Shown one piece after another: positions 11,701 to 21,959 of a DNA stretch of 64,000 nt. Where the stretch lies: assembly GCA_030704615.1 (NCBI GenBank), contig CM060734.1, positions 30,814,001 through 30,878,000 on the forward strand. Reading direction: 5' to 3'. The translations under genes and the position numbers were made by a program. Within the stretch, counting starts at the first letter, position 1. Every line of letters begins with the position of its first letter. The stretch is from Takakia lepidozioides (Eukaryota; Plantae; Bryophyta). Under the pieces are notes generated by a model. It was not told the DNA's origin. It did not search any database and saw only the letters and a list, made by a program, of their open reading frames with translations.

Positions 11701-13884
11701 AACAATCGCAATGTTCAGGTCCTTCAAAGTCTGATCCAGCACAATGACGGCGCGCTTTTCGAGCTGCAAATAGTATATTTGTCAGAATTGCAAAAAAGAA
11801 ACACATCACATACTTGAAGAGAAGAAACAGCATGTTCGAATACACACCTGACTCCAAAATGTAGCCTTGTGGAGCCAGTTATCAAACACCAAATCACTGA
11901 TTCCTTCCACCTTTGTGCCAGGCTGTATGGTGCTCTTTGGGAACTGATTCAAGTCCTTTACTGTTTGATCTGAGTTCCATATCTCCAGCCACCTTATTTT
12001 TGTTTGTGGGTCGACCATCGATATGGCCAGCCGGTGCAATTTCTCCTGCTGCATCTCCGGATGCACATGCTTGTCATAGTGTGTTTTGATCTGCTGAAGG
12101 AACTCAGGACCAAGTCCAGGATCTACTATTCTAAGCTGCTTTCCGAAGGCTGACATCAATTTGGTTCTTCGCATCTCAAACTCCTTCTTTATTGCAGCTT
12201 CCACACCCTTTGATGTCCTTAGTTCCTCTGGTGTAGTGCGGTAATATTCGGATTTTCCCTTCTCAGCTGCCTCTGCCAGTTCTTGCTGCATTCATTCAAG
12301 TAGTGATTAGCTCCGAAGGGACTCTAAACATGTATTCGAAAAGTAAACAGATTACAGACTCAGGCTTACCGCATACATGTACTCCAGAAACGCCTCTCGT
12401 GTCAAAGAATACCAAGTGCCTGCAGCTCTTCCTGTTTCGCACTTCTTGATGATATTGGGTGGTAGTACTGTCCGAAAATCATCCAGCTTCATCAGACCAA
12501 TCCTCTGAATTCGGAATAGTGTGTGAACCAAGCTTGTTGTCACATGCGATTTCTCTGTCGATCTGCAAAAACATTGAAAACATTGCATTCCTTAACACTG
12601 TTTTTTGAGGATCAACAAGACACTACAGAGGGAATGAAATCTCCTGGATGACTTACTTGTTCACGTCGTGCATAGCTGTAAGAAGCCTAGCGATGTCGTT
12701 TCCTGGATCCAAAACCATTGCCTCCACAGCAACATGCTTGTCTTTGTCTTTCGAATGGTGTTTCTGAATGTATCCCATCCATGCCAGCAATCGGTGGTTG
12801 CCGTCCCAGACGTAGAACATGTGGTTGCAAAATTGCTGGGTGTTCTTTCCCATCATGAGGCCCAGCTCGAACTCCTCATTGGCATCTTTCCAGCACTCAT
12901 CCCAGTTATCACTGATCTCTGGAGAAACTAATGTGCTTTTCCCATTTATATCCGTCAGTGACACATAAAAAACTTGTGCACCAAGTCTATATCCATGCAC
13001 AAAATCACTCTCCAATTTTGTTATGTCATGGGAAAGAGGTGGACGCACAACATGCATTGATATCATCCGGCACAGAGGTATGTCCAGACGCCCTCCAGAT
13101 ACGAGCATGTCCCTTATAACCTCCTGAGAGTTTACCTTCTGGAATGACATGAGTTCTTTCACCTTGTCAAGGTAGTGCACTTCGGATTCATCTGCTTCAT
13201 CTGTATTCTCTGAGCTTTTTGCGGACTCGTCCCCATCTCCAGATCCTTTCCCCTCTGATCCTGTAGGCTTCGACCTCACAGTTTTCTGCACGATGCCATT
13301 CAGTTCTGACTAAGTGATTTGCAAATAGTGAATGGCGGTAACGACAATCACTCTGTATCAAGGAAACTCACCATGAATGGTGTGAAAGAATTCAGCACAA
13401 TCTACACATGCAAAGCCGAGACTGCCGTATTCAAAACAAAAGTGAGAGCGATAGCGAACGGCGTTAACGACAATCACAAAAGATAACAACCTGCCGGATC
13501 GGTGTTGTGTAATGACATATATGTGCAACTGATTGGCGGCAACGACATTCAGTGTAGTTTAGGGAGAATAGTAAGTGCAGACTCTCTCTTCAAACACATA
13601 GGTACATAAATCTCATGAGCAGAATCGAATGGCGTTAACGACGCTCGCGATTCAGTAGTTCCTGCTAAAGAATGGAAGAGGAAGGACTCCTTGAAAGGCA
13701 ATCACACAGACTATATGATAAAACTTACTGGCACCTTCTTAGGTTTTGAAATTTGATCCCCTTCTGCAGCTTTCCTCTTCCCTCTCACATCTGCTGCAGT
13801 TTCTGTCTGCGCAAGGGTTTCTTGACCTTCTTCAGGTTCGGCGTTCCGCGTGCTTCCACCTTCTTCAGTGTCCCTGCGATTCAT
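8719..13884 (-). CDS. ParB/Srx-like domain plus beta-class N6-adenine/N4-cytosine DNA methyltransferase-like fusion protein, 9 exons, ~1037 aa
   Basis: Exons 13884-13729, 13285-12657, 12562-12370, 12285-11848, 11763-11537, 10592-9941, 9827-9489, 9293-9008 and 8912-8719, all GT-AG and phase-compatible (3114 nt). ParB-like LDIPLCRMISMHVVRP...FYVWDGNHRLLAW; motif IV-like ADIVILDIPDG; motifs X/I/II-like EKSPAFMQILLESCSHRSARVVDLSVSTGATYHACKAGGRSLFGMEGD. Confidence 0.8.
10734..11456. repeat. Cluster of seven 22-bp palindromes in intron 5 of the ParB-MTase gene
   Basis: TGAATG(T/G)CGTCAACG(A/C)CATTCA at 10734, 10840, 11001, 11109, 11315 and 11435; variant TGAATGTCTGCATTGACATTCA at 11204. Confidence 0.93.
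13329..13647. repeat. Cluster of four variant 22-bp palindromes in intron 1 of the ParB-MTase gene
   Basis: TGAATGGCGGTAACGACAATCA (13329), CGAACGGCGTTAACGACAATCA (13455), TGATTGGCGGCAACGACATTCA (13530), CGAATGGCGTTAACGACGCTCG (13626). Confidence 0.85.
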
Positions 13885-16800
13885 CTCTGCCTCCACAGAG
13901 AGCCTCGGCGAAAGTCCCTTGGGTCATATGTGACGCCCGGGACTGCTGCTTCGGTCGTTGAAGACAAGAGGGAGGTGGTGGTGAAAAAAGAACAGACTTC
14001 CTCCACTCCAATCGTTGAGCTTTCGGATTCTTCCGATGATGACATAAGTGAAATTCCAAATCCAGTCCTTCCTACTGTGGTTGCAGAAGCTGATGAAGAA
14101 GAGATTTGTAGTGTCATTCCAAAATTGCGGGCGATGGGAGGAATGGCTGGATTCAAAAGTGAGTTGCGGGGAATTGATTGGGAATCTTTGAAGCAGGTGC
14201 CTGTGAAGTTCTTGCCGGAGACTTTTGAAGGCGATATCCTATTCGAGCTGCCTCCTCCTCCGCGAGTTGGAGGTGTAACAATCATGATGCATGGAATGGA
14301 CAAGAAACACGACGGGCACCCGTGGTGCAGAACAAAAACATCCAATATTCAGAATGATGACAAGCTTGTTTTCAGGAGGACAGTTTGCAATGGACACCTT
14401 AGGTGTGATAATTTGAATTGCAGACACTTTTTTCAGTGTGGAGTTCATAATCAAAGCGAATGGGAGGGTCTGGCGGAGAATCCATTTCAGCCTAGGACTG
14501 CCCCTCCACCGGCAAACACTTTCGTCTGCAAATTCTGCAAACTTGTGCCATCCTGCTTGGCGCTCTGCGGAGCAAGAATGTACTATGTTGTCCACCGTTT
14601 GAATACAATGACGAGAGCTTGTGTGCATTTTGGATTCCATAACCATCCTGTCTCGAAGGGGGATTACAGGGAGAGTGTTGAGACAGTATCGAGGTTGATC
14701 AAACAGGAGTTCGGGAGAAACCCATCCGCAACAACATCTGCAATTGCTCTTGGCGCAAGCAAGTCCTTCTTGGAAAGCCATATTTTGAGTGAAGGAGATT
14801 CTGTGGGGACTAAACTTGACGGTGCAGCATTGGACCTGGTCATGGATCATTTCTCCACTTTAAGTTCACCTAACATTCGGCATCAGATCAATGCATTGAG
14901 AATGGGCTCTGGGATCAGAGGCTACATAGACAATATTTTGGAATTGAAACGACTGAGCAAGTACGATTACATCCAGGACAATGTATTCCCAGGTCAAGGT
15001 GCCATCAAAGTTTTTCTTTTCAAAATGTCGACTGTTGGGGAGGGGAGTGGGGTTAGCCTCGTGAAGCGGATGCAAAAGACTGGGGACTTGCAGAACTGTT
15101 TTCTTATGTTTGATCATGTGAAACGAGTGAAGGATTGGACGACAATGGCTTGTCATGTCTACGATCCAGTGTACCAACGAGTTATGACAATTGCAGTTTG
15201 TGACATGCAATCCGAGGATACGGAATCCCAGAAGCTCATGTGGAATTCCCTGATACGTGTCATGGGCTGCATGGGCTGCCATCTCCAAATTTCGCAGGTT
15301 TCATGGCGGATAGTGCTCAAGCAAATTTCAATGCTATTCGTATTGTCTTCGGATCGGGCGACCCAAAAGTGCCTATGCCAGGAAGAGAGCGTACATGTCT
15401 ATTCCATTGGACACAATCTCTGGAAAAACATACAAAGTCGGACATCAAACCAGAGATGCAGACTCAGCACCGTAAATTGTGCAAAGAGTACAAAGATGCT
15501 AGAACAATGAAGGAGGCGGACACTTTGTTCCAGACAATTCGTGCCTGGTGGTTCTCTTCTGGAGCTGCATCACTTGAGAGTATGAGAGCATTGGAAGATT
15601 GGCTGGCGTTTTGGCACTTCCGGTATAGACAGTGGGGAGCAGCCATGACAATGGTACGAGGCTTCTATTTCATGCTTTATTCATACATTTGCTTTCCATA
15701 TTTTTGACTCATTGCTTTCTTTATGTTGTTTCCTGTGCACTATTCTGAAGTGTGGTTATCCTCTTTGCAGAACATGTCCATTGAGGAAATGGCAGACATG
15801 CCATCTTGCAATTTGGCAGAAACTGTGCACAATGCATGGTTGCAGCAGTCTGGGAAACGAGGTTGGGATTTGTATGTGGCAACAACAGATGATTTGATAC
15901 GTGCCTTGCAACAACAAACCCGATACCGTGATTTCTTACGAGGTGGGGTTGGTGGCAAGGGTCCGGACAAATCGGAGTTGATGTTGCGTGCTGCAAACAG
16001 ATCTGGGGATCCAATCAAGATAGCACGGGCAGTGAGCATGTATGCCCAGGGAACGCCACTTGTTTCTAGAGTTCCACATCTTGAAGGGGAGGAGAGATTC
16101 GGCTCCTGTAAGAGGAAATTGAACACTCCACCTGGTTCGGATTCAGATTCCCACAGGGCAGACCGTGATAACTTCTCGAAGCCTCGTGTTCCCCTGCATG
16201 ACAGCTCCGTGTCCGGAACCTCCATTGTGGAGGAACCTCCAACACGACGGCAAGCTCCAGCATCAAACCGTGCCACTGAAATGGTGCAGGAGAGAAACAA
16301 CCCCTTGATGTGCTTGAGTCCGCATGCCCCGACCACGTTTGGCACATAGAACGCACAAGTGTCGGGTCTCGTGTGAAATGTACAGCGATCAGGGCAACTA
16401 ATTTCGAGAAGTGCACTTCATCTATATCCAGAGGTGGTGCCCGAACTCCTGCTCCGACTTTCACGGGCTTGATGCGTCCATACGGTCAACCAGAAGCCAA
16501 GAACCACAAGTTCTGGTTCTGCGCAAATGATTGTGCCAGATGTGTGCATGGAACTGTGCGTCCTTCCGTAGTGATGAAGCCATCTCCTCCAACCGTTTGG
16601 CCCGTGAAGGTGGGAACACATCTCAGCTTTCAGGAGATTGAAATGCTGGAGGAGGCAGGTTTTTCCCTTGCGAGACAACCCCAACTCCATGCATGTGCTA
16701 CTACTCCTGCGTCCTCCCGGGTCCCCCGGCAAATCCTGACTTGTGGCCAACCAAACGAGATGGAAAGCTCGTTCGGCGTTTCCCTCCAACCGCTGAACAC

Positions 16801-17154
16801 TTTGGCAAAGTGGAGTCCGCAAGAATGCTCCAAGCTCGTGTCGGAAGCACCACGGAAGTACCCGATCCAGGATATGGTCGGGTATTCACAATCATCACTT
16901 CCACATCTGCTGTTCATGACAGGACCTACGACATCACGGTTTCCAATTTCCCCAATTGCACATGTCCTGATTTTGTGAATATGCTATCAACCAGTTTGGG
17001 CAAGAGAGGTAAATTCATACCCTGCAAACATTTGTATTTCATATTTTTGAGGAGGATGGTTTGCGATCCCAAACGTGACAACTTCATTCACCAGGCCACT
17101 ATGAGTTTCAACGAGGTCGATACTCTTTTGCAGCGGGATACAACACATGGGTAG
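13753..17154 (+). pseudogene. MULE-type DDE transposase with N-terminal Cys/His-rich (GCM/WRKY-like) domain and C-terminal SWIM finger; about 3 frameshifts
   Basis: CNGHLRCDNLNC...CKFC...HFGFHNH; D in MFDHVK; D in FMADSAQANFNAI..CLFH; E in NLAETVH; SWIM CTCPDF...CKHL. Intron 15654-15770; frameshifts near 15265, 16300 and 16690; first in-frame ATG at 14134. Confidence 0.8.
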
Positions 17155-17599
17155 CATGAACTATGTAATGTGGTATGTGGATGACCATGATTTGAAATGT
17201 GTAATTCACATCAATTCGTCGGCTGTGCAATGATATGGCCTCCAACTATACGGAGTGAGGTCTGAGTGACAACTTTTAGGTAGTGCACATTTGTCATTGC
17301 ACCGTTCGAAGTCTACATGTCTTGCTGTCGCTATGCACTACAATCATCTAAGATGATCATAACTCTCATTGTTATTTGAGGAGGGAGGAAGTCTTCTCGT
17401 GGCAGCCTTTATGGCGCACACTTTGTGAGGATATTTTGTCGTCTTCGTAATTGTAAAAGTGAAACAAACATTTGTAATTGCACAATGTTGGATGCTGCAA
17501 TTGTAGGCCTCAACGCTCGTCTTGATTCTATTTAGGCAAGATTCCCTGCATTAATTCCACGGTCATAGGACCATCCACGGTTATAGGCGGCGCATGTTA

Positions 17600-17799
17600 A
17601 TGCTGACGTGGCAGTTGACGGACAGTGCCACGTCATCATTTACCGCCACATCAGCATGCTGACATGACGCTCACGCCACGTCAGCATGTGTGCAGGCTCA
17701 CGCCACGTCAGCTGGCGTGAGCGTACGCTCACGCCACGTCACTCCTGCGTGAGCGTACGCTCGCACGCTCACGTGCAACGCTCACGCCATTGCGTCGTT
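17600..17799. repeat. Right terminal/subterminal repeats of the inner transposon
   Basis: (C)GCTCACGCCACGTCA at 17668, 17696 and 17726; perfect 24-bp palindrome TGGCGTGAGCGTACGCTCACGCCA at 17713-17736. Confidence 0.85.
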
Positions 17800-18507
17800 G
17801 GTCGGGATGTAGGAGGGGCTGCCCCTATGGTGGGGGCAGTGGCAGCGATAGGTACGGGGGGCTGAAGCACCTTTGAGTGCCAAAGGCACTCAAGGAGGCG
17901 GAGGCACTCACTAGGTGGAGCCCTGCACACCGGGTTGCGGTGGGGGTGGCTCCACAAGGGGTGGTGGTAGCTTAGCGGGACTTAGTGGGGGTGGCAAAGG
18001 ACTCACCATGGGGCGGAGACCTTGTGGTGGGAGTCGTGGGGAGTCTTGGGACTCATCACGGTCCAATGGGGTCGTGGACTCACCGCGAGACTCACTTCAA
18101 GACTCACCGCGACTCATCATCGGGAGTCGAGGGTCTTCGTGGTGGTTCGCCATAAAATGGCAGGGTTGTTTGTGAAACCCCCGCGAACAGTCACAGAAGT
18201 ATATATAGGGAGTAGTAACCCCGAGAACGGTGCAAGCCCGTTGGTGACCAAAAACTAGTAAGTAAGCGAGCGAGGCGGAAAGCGACCAAGGAGTGGGAGC
18301 TATTCCGGACTGCCATCTACCAAAGGGAATTTCCACTAGGCCCAAATTGGTGGAGGGTCTTTTGGAAGAGTAAAAAGGGACCGTTATTTCCCGGTAAGCA
18401 GCCGAAGCTCCAAGTTGGCCCGAGCCGCCAGGTTGGGAGTTAGGCACGCGCATCAAAGCGAGTAACTATGACTTGAAGGGGAGCTTACCGAAGTGAGGTG
18501 CGCGACA
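17800..18507 (+). repeat. 3' LTR, remainder (right of nested insertion, including the duplicated target)
   Basis: Colinear with the 5' LTR from ~1311 to 2005; ends GCGACA followed by TSD GTAGA. Confidence 0.95.
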
Positions 18508-19710
18508 GTAGAATTGTTGCATGCGATGCTACCTTCGGTACGAATGAAAAGAAGGTCGTGTATTGCTCCATAAGCTCCTTAACACTGTGGTTCCTGTTAT
18601 GTAATCAAAGTTCTACTCCACTATTTAACTTGTGCATACCCTTCCCATCATCTTTCTCTCTCCTCTTCTCCACACATGTACATCTCGACCTGCTTCTGGC
18701 ATATATGACTCCATAATTGCATCTCTGAGTGACAAAAGGCATTAAATCGATCTATTGTATCTGATTTCAACCGAACATGCTGCCAAGACTTTGGATTCGA
18801 ACTTACGTTCCAAGAAATTATACATGGATCCATTATATGATGATTTGCCAAGCCTTGTCGTACCTGAACTCACAATTGCTCCCCTACTGTTACAGTATCC
18901 ATTATACACCACGACGGTCTTCGATCAGTGGCTGAATGGAATTCCAGTGGCAATATATGTTATCACTGCAAGGAGTAAGACAACTGATCTGCTACCATGG
19001 ATGTGTGCCTTGAACCAACAAATGACCAATGCGCGGCCGCATTGGCATCCGAATGCGATTATTGTCGATGATGCAAATGTTGAGATAAACGCCATTAGGT
19101 CTGGGTCTACTTTGGAATGGAATGTCAAATAACATGCACAAAACAGTTGTGGAATAATTGAACATGAACTGTTATGGAGCATCCATGATTTGTGTGGTCT
19201 ATACTTCATGTAACATTTTTTTTCAGTATGTGCATGTATTGGTTTACGTTGCTGACTATATTAATCAGGTCTGTTTGGGGATGCATGTGCCATCTTTTTG
19301 TGCTTATGGCATGTACGAAGAGCCTGGTTGAAAATGCTATGTCCAAGATAAAAGATCTTGCCAAACGCGTCGACGTTGTACATGACTTAGGGGAAATTAT
19401 GTATGATTCCAGGGGGGTTTCTGGTGATGCTACCGTTGCATGGGCTGTGTATAAGGTCATTGGCCTCTGGGACAAGTATCCCACCTTAGAAGAATTTATG
19501 CATTACCTAGAGACGTATAATTGGCTACCAAAAGCAGACATGTGGATCATGTGTTCTCAAAAAATACCACATGCATCTCAAGACACAAACGCAGCAATTG
19601 AGGCATATCACAGCAATCTGAAAACCCAACTTTAGAGCACAAAGAGCGTCCTCACCAGCCGCCGTGTTGATTGGCTAGTCTCAGAGCTTGGTGGGGATGT
19701 TCTTACTCAT
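18508..19710 (+). pseudogene. 3' part of the outer MULE transposase (catalytic DDE region)
   Basis: IVACDATFGTN; YPLYTTTVFDQWLNGIPVA; PNAIIVDDANVEINAIR; out-of-frame LCLWHVRRAW; DTNAAIEAYHSNLK followed by a stop. Confidence 0.8.
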
Positions 19711-20722
19711 TGTGGGAAAGTGTTGAGCACCTCTGCATGAGTACAATGACAATTTCTGTGTGGTAAAGAGAACAACTTATGGATGTGCCGTTTCATTTTG
19801 CAGGCATGATATGAAGTCGTGTTTCTGGACCATGCCCGATTCGGATGTTTCCATGGCAATTCATACAAATCCTATTATGAAGATATGAAAATGATCTTTA
19901 AGCTGATCTTTCAATGGACATGTTGTTGTTGCAACTGTTTCTTTTCTGAAAAGTTGCAGATCGTCATCTATGTCTACAATGAAGTTGGCTTGGAGCAGTA
20001 GGGCAGGCCTCCATGTTTGGGGAGGATACATGTATGTAGGTTCTTCTCGTCGCATCTGGATGGACTCATAGAATCTCTTACATGCGGAGAGTGGGAGTGT
20101 GACCAGACTCGCGTTGATATATACTGTTCTTGAATACGTTAATATTGTTCTTGATTTTATTTATTGCTTTTTGTCGTCCAATAAGCTCTTTGATTTGTTA
20201 AATACCTCGTCAGGATGAAACTTGCCGTCAGAAGGTAAAGGTAACGAAGGGAATTTCTAGGTTGTTCTTTACGAGGAAGTGAGATGTGCATAGATCGACC
20301 GTAAGAAATGTGAGCGACAGGCTACAGCCTAGGGCGAGGCGCTTGGTGGATACCTAGCTTATAGTAACTGTATGCAGGTGGCAGTTCACGCAAGCATTTT
20401 CTCTTACTAGTCATTAGTCGCATTTTGAATTACTGATGAGTAAGTTAGTCGCTGGGAGGTGACTTCCCACGCCTATATTTAGTCCACAGAGAATATAGGT
20501 ATCTACCATAGGAGGCCATAGAAATAGTGGAAAAAATGAACAGATTCCAATACATGCATGGGCCGGAAACCATATAATTATATAGATTGGAGCTGCCCAC
20601 TCACCATAGCTTTTAAATTGAAATACTAGGGCTATGTGTTGCTCAGCACTTCTCATGACGACTTTTGAGAACAATGTCCAAATTTTACAAAATATCCAAT
20701 GTATATTTCATTTTTATTTATT

Positions 20723-20725
<3 letters not shown>

Positions 20726-20759
<34 letters not shown>

Positions 20760-20966
20760 GGAAACCTGGGAGCGACAGCCCACAATTCAGGCCCTTGAGG
20801 AGGGGGAAAAATTAACCATCTTTCATTTATGGGCAATGAGGCCTACAAGACAATCAACGCCCAGACATACCGTCACGAACAATCCCACACAGGGGGCAGG
20901 GAAACAGGTTTGAACCCGAAACGACCAGGGCGTCACACTGTGCACTTACCAGCTGAGCTACCAGTC
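20726..20966 (-). mobile_element. tRNA-derived SINE with (TTA)n tail
   Basis: On the minus strand: A box TAGCTCAGCTGG, B box GGTTCAAACC, ~150 bp body, then (TTA)~11 tail at 20726-20758. Confidence 0.7.
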
Positions 20967-21959
20967 GATGTGAATGTGCTTTTCATTTTGATTGGAAATA
21001 TACTAGGGCTGATGGTGTACACCAACAGCAGGAGTATCAAACACAGGATTATCTAGGGTTCGTGGCATTCAAACTCCCTTTGTGAGGACATATGGGCTGT
21101 AACAGGTGTGTGTAACGACCGCCATTCTTTTGCATTTGCATTTTGCAGACCTCACTACCTCATCACTATGGTAAAGCGAAGCACAATGACAGAGAATAGG
21201 CACCAATACCATGAGGAATATGATACTGGCGAGTGGGACAACCTCATTTGCAAGGTGCACTCCAAGGCCCGCGTTCAAGAACCTGGTGATCACCACAAGA
21301 AACCATTCAAAGTATCTACTGCCATATTATTTACAATGATAAGAAAAATCTGAATGTTCACAGGATTAATGGTTGTCATGAAGTAAACAAGAAACTGAAG
21401 AACAGAAGAGTCGGGGCGGAAATACAAAACCACCACGTAGCAGGTGCTAATTCTTTCCTCATTTACATCACCTGATTTTGCTCTTTGGTGTGTGGACTTA
21501 ATTCTGTCGAGGACATCCATTCATTGCAGCAAACTAATGCTCTTGTCCACGTTCTATGTTCGCAGCTTGCACAAGTCCATGGAGGACGTACTGTGAGTTC
21601 AACACAGCAATCAGATCCCCTTGTTTCTTCCATTTACATGGTACAATTCGGATCATGTTATTGTATAGGGACCGCAGCCGGAGCCACAAATGACCATTTC
21701 TATGTAATGGTGTGGTTCAGTTGTGTGCACGGTAGGTGGATCATGTCCGGTACCTGTGTTTTCCCAACTTGTGAGGGCCTGAATAAAAGGTCTGGTCCAA
21801 CTAAATTTTGGCACTACCAACCAATTCATTGTAAGGCAAAAACCATTAAACATTCATGTAGTTCGGGGATTCCGTATTTGTTTGGCAGGAGGCGGCATGG
21901 ACAAGGCAGTAACAGAAGCACTGATGTGTGGTTCTTTACAAATGTGCTAGCTAAGCAGG

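Larger units (their letters stand above)
7696..17799. mobile_element. Mutator-like DNA transposon (~10.1 kb) carrying a transposase and a ParB-methyltransferase cargo gene
   Basis: Flanked by GGTCGGGATGCAGG (7682-7695) and GGTCGGGATGTAGG (17800-17813); the 5' LTR shows the empty site; imperfect ~40-bp TIRs; MULE DDE and SWIM motifs inside. Confidence 0.88.
1282..18507 (+). mobile_element. Ty3/Gypsy chromovirus LTR retrotransposon, full length but defective, with a nested 10 kb insertion in the 3' LTR
   Basis: Termini TGTCGC...GCGACA, 5-bp TSD GTAGA at 1277-1281 and 18508-18512, PBS, PPT, and gag-PR-RT-RNaseH-IN-chromodomain order. Confidence 0.95.

Noticed and set aside
7696-17799. Helitron, Replitron, KDZ/Zisupton element, or bacterial contamination
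   Set aside because: No HUH/helicase or KDZ motifs; MULE-type DDE and CxxH signatures are present; the genes have spliceosomal introns and sit inside a plant LTR.
20895-20966. Functional tRNA gene
   Set aside because: It has A and B boxes but no proper cloverleaf, and is followed by a body and simple-repeat tail typical of a SINE.
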